A stretch of 62,884 nucleotides of DNA, the filler included, from Porpidia crustulata (Eukaryota): NCBI GenBank assembly GCA_964255105.1. It is 7 parts of 7 records of this genome, joined end to end, with 100 filler letters (N's around TTAATTAATTAA, not from the genome) between each part and the next. Parts side by side here need not be neighbours in the genome. Positions count along the whole stretch, not along the records: positions 45,005 to 53,897 come from CAXUWE010001033.1; positions 53,998 to 62,884 come from CAXUWE010001034.1; 5 more parts are not named here. One strand, given 5' to 3'. Of the stretch, positions 51,115-62,884 are shown piece after piece. How positions within the stretch are numbered: position 1 is the stretch's first letter; every line of letters begins with the position of its first letter. Below the pieces are notes generated by a model, which was not told where the DNA came from, searched no databases, and saw nothing but the letters and a program-made list of their open reading frames with translations. The position numbers and the translations under genes were made by a program.

Positions 51115-52001
51115 ATGTCGTGAGTGCCTAGATCTTCTTTTGTTCTGCCCTAAATCCGCCCGTCACCCAAACCGAATTCCTCATTTCACCTCCATCGGCA
51201 AACTCGTTACATCACAATGGTGGGCACTGCGCTCATGAGTCTAGCTCCTCGTCCTCCTCCAGGCGCCCTCCTAACCCAACATCCTCGGCGACCTCCGCTC
51301 CAATTCCTCCGCAGCCGCCCATATATCCTCAGATGCCGTTCAATCCACAACAAGAAGACTTTATGCTGGCCCCACAACCGCAGGCGGGTTCTCCACCGTC
51401 GCGGAAGAGGAAAGCTCCTGGTGCGGGAACCATGACAGGTTCCTTATCATCTCCGATGGTGGGACTTGGAGGTCCAGCAGGTGTAGGCGACCAAGGCGAA
51501 GCTTTTCTTGGCACAAGCGCGCCGGCACCGGCGCCCAAGAAGAGTAGGACAAATACACCGTGGACTCCGGCTGAGGAACAACGCCTGAAAGTAATGAGAG
51601 ACGCGGGGAGTAGTTGGGGAGAGATTGCTAAGGTAGGGGGAGTTTGCATTTAGTTGCCTAAACGGTGCTGATCTGCTTCTGGCGCTGCAGACTTTTCCCA
51701 ATCGAACCGAAGGTAGCGTAAAGAAACATTGGTATAAAGACATGCACTACGCCGACTTTGCTGAGGACGAGGTAAAAATTCATTGATTCATATGTCAAAC
51801 CCACCGTTGACTGTTTGATTCAGAGCGCGGCTTTACTGGCGGCTATCAAAGAATACGAAGCGAGTAAATGGAAGGTCATTGGACAAAAGGTGGGTAAGCC
51901 TGCCAAGGTCAGTAGTCTCGCAAAGCCTCTTTGCCCACCTAGACTAACGAGACGAGGCATGCGAACAATATGCAAAGGAACATTTTAGCAATAGGTTGTG
52001 A
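51115..52001 (+). CDS. Two-repeat Myb-like protein; exons 51115-51119, 51245-51632, 51691-51771, 51824-51907, 51957-52001 (first exon inferred)
   Basis: TPWTPAEEQRLKVMRDAGSSWGEIAK|TFPNRTEGSVKKHWYK...EDE|SAALLAAIKEYEASKWKVIGQKVGKPAK|ACEQYAKEHF. CACCATG start followed by a GTGAGT donor that is in phase with the TAG acceptor at 51244. Confidence 0.88.
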
Positions 52002-52751
52002 TTGGCCGGTCGTGTCATGTTCGATACCTTGTCTTGTCTATATTAGGTGGAACGTTTGCATTGCTGGAGGAACAGTACAGAGCATCGGTGTCGGTCGATT
52101 GGCTCTTTCCATGTTCCACTGCAGCATCGGCGTAAGAGCGCACTGCAAGCTATTATGATTCTCCTTTTCACTAGCAAGAATCTCGGAATAGCCTTGCACC
52201 TTCTATTGCGGACGTCAAATCGAAGATGAAAGCAGTAAATCTTTTCGAGGAGCAACTGATTAAGACCCTCCATCTAGGTAAATGGTTGGTAGCTCATGGC
52301 TGGTGGGACTAATTCATGATCGGGCCAACCCCATATGATAGCTAAGACTAGACTGAGGTATTGTAGACTTAAAGACTGACTCAGTGGCCAATATCTAGAG
52401 CAGTGCCCGGGCCTGGTTTGAGCTTCTAATAAACGAAAAACAGGTCATTCACGTCATCTGGTATCCATTCACTATCCATAGTAATAAGGGAACTTTGTCA
52501 AGTTGCAACAACTCTCAGAGCAAATACTTGATGCCAGTGAAGGACAGAATAATGGAGCCCTGCTCCCCGCTCGATACAGCATAAAGCTCATCTTCGACAA
52601 TTGAATTCACAAAAGATTTCGCAAACTCATCACTTCACCAGTACTTCGGTCGAGCAACGTGTCTGTGCTGTAACGTTCAATATCCGCTTACTGACAAGCT
52701 ATCTGCTTTGCGAATTCGAGAAAAGCACTAGAAATAGCGGCAACAGCCTCG

Positions 52752-53591
52752 ATGACTTTCGCAAATGTAACTAAGGATATGATGTCAAAGTATGAAATTC
52801 CATTCACAATTGCCTTGGACCATGCTAATACATGTTTCAGACTTTATAAATCCAAAGAGGGAACCGATATGGAACTTGTTTGTGGAGACCAGACGTTCAA
52901 GGTCCACAGCGTTTTTCTTTCGATGCGTTCCAAGTTCTTTGCGGCGGCTTGCAAAGGCGGCTTCAAGGTGGTGACCGTCATTCTCGAAGGTTTCGGAGCT
53001 ATACTAAAAGATATATAGGAAGCGGCAACCAGAAAGATTGAGCTTCCGGATGAAAATGCAGAAATGGTGTCGCGTTTGATAGAGTTTTTCTATCTGGGTG
53101 ATTATCCCTCCACAAAGCCTGATCTTACATCTGCACATGAGAAGTATGAGCCCTGGCTTGAAACTATTGCAGCAATGCATAGCTTGGGCGACAAATACGA
53201 CGTTCAAGGCCTCCAGCAGCTGTCAATGGAGAAGTTTCAGACTGTCTTCAGCGTCAAGAAATATCGACCAACAGAAATTCCCTGTCTTCTCTGCGCTATA
53301 CATACTGTGTATACCATGACTCAAAACGGAAACCAGATGTTGCGTGACATCGTACTTGCTGAAGCTCGTCAAAATTGGAGCAGCCTCACAGCGAGAGGCG
53401 ACTTTAAAGATTTCATGCTTCGCAATCCTAGTTTCACCGTTGATGTGGTCGACAAGCTGATGTGGCAGCCAAGTACCATTATATGCCGAAGAGGCAGTGC
53501 CGTCGACAAGTGGAAGCCGGACCATATGAAATGCAGCTGCGAATGGGACGAAAAAATTCAAAGACGATGCCATGAGGGAAGGAGAGTATAG
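52752..53591 (+). CDS. BTB/POZ-domain protein; exons 52752-52789, 52841-52967, 53019-53591
   Basis: TDMELVCGDQTFKVHSVFLSMRSKFFAAACKGGFK|EA..RKIELPDE...RLIEFFYLGDY...LGDKYDVQGL. Confidence 0.88.
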
Positions 53592-53897
53592 GGAGGGTAA
53601 GGAAGTAATGTTGTGGAGATGCATAAAAAACGAAAGATCTGAAATCAAAGTGTTCGTGCGGAGAATTTACGTGCTGATGCAGATCAATCATTTATGTCTC
53701 TCAAAGACTAAAAAATTACCAGGGCTTTCGCGAGGGGATGCGCGTTTGCCAAATCGCATCTTAAGGTCTACAAGCACAACACACAAGAGAAATGGAAGCC
53801 GTCCATCTCATAGACGCGGATCGTATACATCAAAAGATCCCACGCTCCCACTTGCCTTCCCATGCCATGAACGCCTCGATTAGGAATGAACAAGAAC

Positions 53898-53997
53898 NNN
53901 NNNNNNNNNNNNNNNNNNNNNNNNNNNNNNNNNNNNNNNNNTTAATTAATTAANNNNNNNNNNNNNNNNNNNNNNNNNNNNNNNNNNNNNNNNNNNN
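53898..53997. other. Artificial contig spacer
   Basis: N44-TTAATTAATTAA-N44. Confidence 0.99.
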
Positions 53998-54348
53998 GGC
54001 AAGGGGTGGAAAGGGGAGCTAGTGAGGTTGGTTGGGAGTGGAAGCGTGCTAAGGAGAGGGAGATGGTGAGCTTGAGAACTAGCGGGATTGCTAGACTACA
54101 ATTGGGTGATCGGGATAAGATAGATATGACGTCATCGCCGGACTCCGGTAAGTTGTCGCCGACTCGCCGATGTCGGATTTTGCTCTCCCAGGGTTCAATG
54201 CTCTGTATCGATTTGACTGGGAAGGATCAGGCGAATAGAAGCTCCTCGAGTGAAGTTTCTCAGACAGAGCATCCGGTCGAGCTGTCGGTTATTCCACTTA
54301 GCCATGATAGGATATCCAACAAGTCAGTGATCCTATCTGTCCCAGGGG

Positions 54349-56016
54349 TTATCCTTCAGTGAGGCTCAACTCTTGCCCTGGAGCCGTAGAAAAGACTCCT
54401 GCTTGATCCACTTTACCACCCTCAGGTCCTCTTACGTTCTTGTCTTCAGCCGGTGCCTTAAATGACTCGAAATACTGGAAAGGATCTGGTCAGTATGTTC
54501 GCTCCAGACTCGGGATTGCATAGTAGGACAAACCCTTTTTCTGAAATTATTGAGATCATTGGCCGTGGTACCCTTGACATCCTCCTTACTCTGCCTGAAA
54601 AGACGGCTTTTGTCTATTGCATCGTCAGGTAACCTTTGATAGGTGAGAAGTCTTCTCGACCCTAATACGCTGCCTAATCAATAAATGGTCCTCCACAGGC
54701 GAGGATTGGATCTTACATTTATTGAAAGCTTGCACACATACACTGATCACCTCCAAACAAGGATGCATGGGAACGGCTAGCTCAATCTGTTCATCATTGG
54801 CAGTTGGCATCCAGAATGAAAGTCTTCCGCCGTCCACAAGCGATATTGCTGCAAATTCAAGAATGTCGTCTAGCATGGCTACAAAACTGTAGGGGCGTTT
54901 GGGAGGGAGGTAGCCGTCTCGGCTGTTCTGATCAGTGGGATAGCTCGTGGGAAAGGCGGCTTTTACTTACAGATGTGCAGCTTCGCCATCGATATGGAGG
55001 ACTTCCTTGCCACCACCGTCTTTAGTTCCAAGTACCCGTAGGCCTTCTCGCACGCCATAGGGTGGGTCGCAGATGATACCATCAAGTAGTTTAACCATTC
55101 GCAGCGGGCTGTGCGTTAGATCGCATATGAAGCCATCCAGATATCTATCTAGCAATCCATATTGCCGAAAATTTGTGATAATATTAACACCTTCTTTGCC
55201 TCTCAGCATCCGCGCATCAATGTCTGAGCCCATCGATAAAGCGCCAAAATGCGAGCAAGCGATCGGAAAGCTTCCTGTTCCTACAAACGGGTCATAGAAA
55301 AGCTTTCCGGGTGCGGCGAGTGTGATATTCGCCGCAAGTAGAGCAAGCTCGGAGTCCATAGACGTAGTGCTCAAGTACTTCCTGCTCTTGAGACTATAAT
55401 CGTACGCTGCATCCCTTTGGCCATCCGCAATCCACCTTCCAAAATGCACCTGCCGCGGCGGGACCTTGGCCCCCCACTCCGAATCCTCAAAGACACGAAA
55501 GACCTGTTCAGAATTATGCATTTGAATAATGCCATTGAATCCAAGATAACGAAAAGAGTCGATGATCTCTTTCCGTTCGCTCATGCTCCGCTTTCCCTGG
55601 AAAGTGTCAAAATCGACCCGGAACGAGGATGAGCTGTAGTGGGCCCACTGCGAAGCCATGCGTCGATGAACATCTGCGTGGAGCTCTTCGTAGTTCGAGC
55701 CGCTGCCCCATAGCTCGTATATTCCTTTACTTAAGATACTCCGAGCTATGAGGGTCCTGGCAGACGCTTCGTCACGGAGTCGGACGATGCAGTAGGGTGA
55801 CTGGCAAGAAGGGGTCAGATACTCAACGCTTCGTCGATGAATGCATGGGGAAAGGTCCGCAATCGAGTGGGAAAAGTTCTATCTACAACTGAGAAAACCT
55901 ACATACTCGCTGTAAACTAGGAATTCGACGTTGATTTCGGCAAGAGTAGCCAACGACTGTATCTCAGGTCTTCGAAACGTTTCATGCGTCTGCACATATC
56001 GAATAAGGTATTCCAT
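54349..56016 (-). CDS. TRM11: tRNA (guanine-10-N2)-methyltransferase catalytic subunit; exons 56016-55903, 55800-54971, 54922-54717, 54661-54534, 54474-54349
   Basis: MEYLIRYVQTHETFRRPEI, RKYLSTTSMDSELAL, YDPFVGTGS, GSDID, ICDPPYGVREG, GRLSFWMP and WSRRLLTY. Confidence 0.93.
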
Positions 56017-56284
56017 ACTTGTTTTATCCTAGGCAGTTTCTATCGTGTGCAAATGGGTACCTGTTGATGAAGATCAGAGATGGAGGATCTGGGCCACGGG
56101 GAGCCGAACGCTACGAATAATAATAAGCGAATTTAATTAAAGCCTGAAGAGGCGCAATAGTTATAGAAGCGTATAGTCTTGTTGTAGAACGCCATAGTAC
56201 CTTCAAACACTTCTCAGCGAGCCCACTATGTACATATGTTTCCCATCCTGTAGCCCAAAGCATAAAATACATTTGAAGTAACCC

Positions 56285-57315
56285 TCAAGGGAGTCCTCTC
56301 CCAGAATTGACCGCATTAGCAAGCTGACTAGTGTCGGGCCGGTTTTCTAAGCGCCTGGATTAGCATTTTTCAGACAACAAAGCGGTTACAACTGATGAGC
56401 AACTTACCAGCATAACGCTCATAGCTATCTAGGTACAGGTCGTCCGTACTGGTGGTAGCTTTGACGCCTTCGTTTCTTTCAATGGCATCCACCCAGCTCG
56501 CCCACCGACTCCCATTTTCTGGCTGCGGCCATCCGCGATAAGGAGTCAGAACCCTGGACATTCGAATAATCCATGGTGCAAACTGAATATCCACAAAAGA
56601 TATGTCGGTACCCAAGAAAAAAGGACCTTGCGGGTGTGCAGCATCTACAAGTTTCGCAATCTCGGCCCGCAGTTCAGTAGCAAGATTGATTTGCTGGTCT
56701 ACTTCCTGTGCCTGCAAGTATCGATAAAAAGCAGGAGTAATATTGCGATTGACCTGCAAATCATGTAAGTCCTTGCGAAGGGAAATCTGAGTGATGATAC
56801 ATACGTGGTCAGACCAAAGACGAGAATGGGCTCGGCCTTTGGGATCTCCAGGGAGCAGGGGAGTACCAATGTTCAAGTCCTCAAGCTTTCCATTCAATTA
56901 GCCGACTTCAATCCATGACGGCGAATTCATGCTCACATATTCCATTAGAACGGTACTCTCGTAGCATCCCCAATCACCATGTCGAAGTGCTGGGACGAGA
57001 CCACGCGGATTGACTTCCAGTAGTGAATCTGGTTTCTTGTATGGATCAACCTCAACGTACTGATAGTTAAGGCCCTTGACTTCCATGGAGATCCACACTC
57101 GTTGCACGAACGGGCTAGATAAGTAATATTATTAGCTCTGACCTTTGACCATCGACATTTGATGACCCTCAGGATGGGACCATGTGATCCTACCAAAAGC
57201 ATCCTCCGTAAAGTTTCAACTCATGCTCCTTCGAATGCTTTTTGACCGTGTTGAGAGCCGCCCCGGTAGCCTTCTTATGGTATGATTTCTGCTCCGTTTT
57301 TGATTTGTCAGCCAT
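56285..57315 (-). CDS. Glutathione transferase, Cys-active-site (omega-like); exons 57315-57194, 57114-56937, 56885-56805, 56753-56408, 56346-56285
   Basis: LKLYGGCFC|PFVQRVWI, EVNPRGLVPAL, YESTVLMEY and GPFFLGTDISFVDIQFAPW. Confidence 0.92.
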
Positions 57316-57556
57316 GATCCAGCGATACTTAAAATTAAGGGGTGAATTTTGCGATTCACGAGTCGATGATGTATAGGTTATTACTTGAGCGCATAGAGAA
57401 GACTCGAATCATAAGAAAAATCTAAGCCGTTAAGAATGAAGTTCTTCGTAAATGTTACCGCACTCTATCGCAGCGATGACGCGCGATGTGCATGCGTGCA
57501 TGCGTAGTCGGTTGCTGGTTGAAAACTCGCTTGCATTGACAACGGCCGCTAAAGAA

Positions 57557-58709
57557 TTACATGCTCACCTGTGTTTTCTTCTTGACTTTCTCCTCTTTGA
57601 GGAAATGTCGATAGATACTGTTCTTCTTTACTCTATCACTTTCTTCAAGGCTATGCTTATGTGGTCCTGCTGCACCATCGCCTTTGCCATTGCCACCATT
57701 ACCGTTTACTCGTTGAATCGTATAATATCGATTTCCATCACTGCCTGGCTTGTTCAATCGTAATATACCATCATTGGCTAGTTCCGTAGGCCCGAGTACG
57801 TCAAAAGGTCGCTGTAGCTGCGGAGTTGACATCAAGCTGCCGGGCTGTCCAGGCGCAAAAAAATTGTTGCTGTCAGACTCATCTATCCCCGAATTGCCGA
57901 AGTCAGAGCCCATCACTGCCCTAGCCCCAGGAAAGTATTCTGTAATCTTAATCTTGACATCGCAAAGATCTCGCTCTCTGGCTTGACGTTTCCGTTTCTT
58001 CTTACTAGGATCTTCCGACTTTGGTGTTCCAGGTGGGCGTCCTTTCAGCCTACAGTCCCAGTAATGCGACACAAACGGTTTGCGCTTGTATTTTTGCGTC
58101 GAACGGTGGGAATATATGTTGTCGACATGCGGGAAGTACGTCAGAAATCTACAATAAAGCTGTTAACCACCAGGAACAATGAACCGGAACATTTAGAGTT
58201 TTAATGACTTACTCATCTTCGGTCAATGTGATAATATCATCAACATCGAAGAGTCGTCTTCTCCATTCTTCAAGGTTCGGCGGGTTCGGGATCACCTTCA
58301 GGTTGTTGAAATGTCCTTCGGTGGTTCCTCCATCCTGTACTGCAACAGGTCGAAGATCAATTTCGCCTTGCAAACGTCCCAAGGCTTCATGATGAGTCTG
58401 GGGTTGGCTAGGTACTTGGGGATGTGGTGTGAGCACACCAAATTGGCCCGGTCGATTGAATGCATTGTTGAGCTGGTCAACTCGAGGTACTCTTGACTGT
58501 AGGTCTTCGAATCGAGGTTGGGGGGGCCCTTGGTCGTAAGGATTGCGGTGCAGCTGCTGAACATGACTCTGAGTATCAAGCTGGGTATGAAATTGAAAAG
58601 AATCAAGCTCGAGCTGGGAGACTAAGGCTTGGTGGCCCGAATGTGGCTGTGTATGAAAGATGGCATCGTTAAGGTGCTGTGGATGCGTATGAAAGCTGTT
58701 GACTTCCAT
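57557..58709 (-). CDS. Conserved-looking hypothetical protein with a putative WRKY/GCM1 (FAR1/Aft1)-like Zn-binding DNA-binding domain; exons 58709-58213, 58148-57557; may splice at 57569 into the GST
   Basis: EEWRRRLFDVD...YFPHVDNIYSHRST...HYWDCRLKGR-(basic KKKRKR)-LCDVKIKITEY...YYTIQRV...HKHSLEESDRVKKNS. His/Gln-rich N-terminus. Fold assignment is inference. Confidence 0.8.
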
Positions 58710-59350
58710 CGCAACTTCCCCGGGTGCGATCGTCAACTAATCACGTCCATCGACAAGAACTGAGAAAAAGCGGCGAGACGTTAAAGAAGCGAGGTGCAAA
58801 GGGTATGTTTTAGCGGCTTGGCATTCTGTTCTGTATCGGCTATGATTGCTATAGAGATTAGAGTACACTTTTATCAGAGTCGTAACTCTCTCCCACATGT
58901 ATTGCAAAACAGGGGGATTGCAAGGTACGTTCGAAGACAATATGTCGAGCATTATCCAAACAACACTGTTGCAGTCCATCTCGTACTCATGCTTCAGACT
59001 GATTTGCCAAAATGAGAAAGAACAGCTTCAACGTTATTTCTATTCCCATGTCGCACTTTGACTAGAGCAAGACACCAGAGTTCAGTATCTACATACGCCG
59101 TCAGTCATACCTTGTATGATAAGCCAACAGTGCGCCCGATTTTAAGAGTATATTGCGATTTCCCTGATTGTTTAATCGCAGCGTTGTATTCGTCATGTAG
59201 TTAAGAAGTTTGTGAAGTCCAAATGCCATCATTCAGCCTACGATAGCGCAATAGGAGATTTGCGTCTCTTTTTCTTCTTGCTGTCTTTTGGACACCAATT
59301 TCATTATCCAATTTATCTTTCCAGTATAGTTTCCCTTGTTGAGTAGAGCA

Positions 59351-60070
59351 ATGAACAGAGAAAACCCAAAGCTGCCTCTGTCCTTTTCACACGCTTCTAC
59401 AAATCAAAGTTCCGCCAGGCCTTCGCTAGGCCTATCAGAGGTTTCCCTACCAAATCAGCATGGAGAGTTGCTCGTCGTTTCCCCATATAGTTCGCAAAAT
59501 CATCTTCTCAAACTTCAATCAATTGGGAAACCACAGCAGCTTCTGGCCAAGGCGCTATCAGTAATGGAACCACTACGAGAGGACTATGCCACTGCTCCGT
59601 ATGTCGATGCTTTCAATTGGAATGTGGTCGCCAACGCGCTCAAGTCTTTAGTCGACCTTGAGACCTATGCTTGGAAGCAGCAGTCTTTCTACATTGTTGT
59701 ATTCAGGTCTCAATTGTCTCCGACGACTGACGGCTCGCATCTTGGGGCGCTCGATATGAGGTCTCATGCTGAAGCTATGGAGAGTGGGGGCCTCCTGAAG
59801 TACTGGTTTGGGAATCCAGATGTTAATGGAAGGAACTTAGCCACCTGTGAGTTTTTTGGACAGACCCATTTAACTCAGCTTAAGCAGCTGACTAGCTTAG
59901 GTATATGGCGAGATTATGAAGACGCTAAGCGTGGTAGCCTTGGCCATAGCCATAAGGAAGCCATAAGAGCGACAATTCATTTATACAGCGAGTGGAAGCT
60001 GGAGCGACTACTACTCACGATCGGCGACAACGTTACGAATTGGGCCATTCGTTGGTGGGACCAGAAGTAA
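59351..60070 (+). CDS. UPF0643-like conserved fungal protein; exons 59351-59846, 59901-60070
   Basis: LVVSPY..HLL, DYATAPY..AFNW, FYIVVFRS, HAEAMESGGLLKYWFG.PD.NGRNLATC|IWR. A 54-nt in-frame GTGAGT..TAG intron is present. Confidence 0.75.
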   Translation: MNRENPKLPLSFSHASTNQSSARPSLGLSEVSLPNQHGELLVVSPYSSQNHLLKLQSIGKPQQLLAKALSVMEPLREDYATAPYVDAFNWNVVANALKSLVDLETYAWKQQSFYIVVFRSQLSPTTDGSHLGALDMRSHAEAMESGGLLKYWFGNPDVNGRNLATCEFFGQTHLTQLKQLTSLGIWRDYEDAKRGSLGHSHKEAIRATIHLYSEWKLERLLLTIGDNVTNWAIRWWDQK

Positions 60071-60927
60071 GATAGAAGAACCTTCACTAGCCTGGCGCTT
60101 CCATCCGTGAGATAGTTTTTCCAGCGTATCCTCAAGGACCCTCTCGATTGAAAGTCAACATGGAATAAGGTCAATCGGTGGTTCCTTTTTACGATTAATA
60201 GAGGCTATTTCTGAGCTAGATTCCGTGTTCATTAGATATAGATCCACGGAGGCCTAGACACAAGATATCCAAGCTCCTAAAACTAGATTAACATTCTTCG
60301 AGCACATCTATCGCAGCTAATCCATTCATGATATCATTTCAGGGGTAAGGATCTCAGCCAGGGAAATCTCCATTCGTGAAGTAACATTAATCTGACCGAA
60401 TCGAGGAGTTTTATGGAAGGGTCTCTGTCGTTATCAATCAGATATCAGAGTTTGAGCTTGCTATTCAACATTCTATCTGGATCTCCATTCATCTTTCTGT
60501 TCACCCCGGTTCAGTGCTCTCTACGCAGCCTTGAGAGTAGATTCAAGATGCAGCGATCCATCCACTTTAGCGGTCGATTTGCCAATATCCGAATATAGTG
60601 GTTGGTGCAAGATGGCTACAATATGATTGTCAACTTTAAGTTATAATGCTCATAAACCCTACAAGGTGAGCTCTGGGAGATTATCGATAAGGGCTAAACT
60701 AGCGTAGCTTTACTAAGCGAAACGGGCATTTTCTATGGTAAACCCGCCGAAATCTCGGTGAACTACGCCCCACCTATTTCCTTCCTCATAAATCTCATCG
60801 GTAAACCACGCTCTTAGAGTTTTCTTCCGCGTACATCCTAAATCTTCTCTTTTCATAGCTACTTCGATTCGACATTGAAAACATCACGCTCGGTTTCTCA
60901 TTCGAATCATCCTCGACTACTGCAATC

Positions 60928-62571
<1,644 letters not shown>

Positions 62572-62884
62572 ATTCCCACCTCTCTTTCCTCTTCATCAGC
62601 GCCAGATACCCATTCAACACGAGTCACGACGAGATGCCACCCCCCAAAAGCATGTGTCCTTCAACGGCCATTTCCTGTAATTAAAGCATTACCGAGGGAG
62701 TCATCTCAACAAATGACATGGCATTCTAGAATCTAGAGCGAGCGTTCGGCGTTAATCCAGTCCCTGACACTTCAACCATTGTCAGAAAGATATCCCTCTG
62801 CTTGTTAGATAGTTTCATAGTAAAATTCAAAAGTCGCATTATATATTCTAAATCCCACGCCACCATAAGCACACTGAAATACAT

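Noticed and set aside
54127..54134. Palindromic CRE-like site TGACGTCA (also GTGACGTCAC near 38288 upstream of the LEA gene)
   Set aside because: Single short motifs cannot be supported without conservation data, although an Atf1-type site before a LEA gene would be plausible.

Overview
This is eukaryotic DNA from a filamentous ascomycete (Pezizomycotina-type genes with short GT-AG introns and CTRAY branch sites). A lichen-forming fungus is plausible but is inference only. The window is not one locus. It consists of seven unrelated ~8.9 kb contigs (1-8910, 9011-17915, 18016-26917, 27018-35911, 36012-44904, 45005-53897, 53998-62884) in decreasing length order, joined by artificial 100-nt N44-TTAATTAATTAA-N44 spacers, so adjacency is meaningful only within a contig. 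Genes read by hand with their exon structures: RPL5, an amino-acid permease, an alpha/beta hydrolase, phospholipase D, cyanase, a C2H2 protein, a carboxylesterase, two MFS transporters, an auxilin-like SWA2, URC4/Urg3, GTR1, a PQ-loop transporter, a mitochondrial LEA-like protein, a lipase-NB-ARC (NLR-like) protein, two head-to-head Myb genes, a BTB protein, TRM11, an omega-like GST, a UPF0643-like protein and SAH1. The most striking signal is a splice-encoded three-product locus. A putative WRKY/GCM1 (Aft1/FAR1)-like DNA-binding ORF can splice in frame into the downstream Cys-type GST, using a branch site and acceptor embedded in the GST's own first nine codons. Other signals worth checking are an NLR-like gene with an intron-encoded effector-only C-terminus, a stop-free 159-nt PLD intron, a structured intergenic element with a telomere-template-like octamer, and a tRNA 5' half abutting an orphan ORF. 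All gene models are manual predictions without database searches or transcript data.
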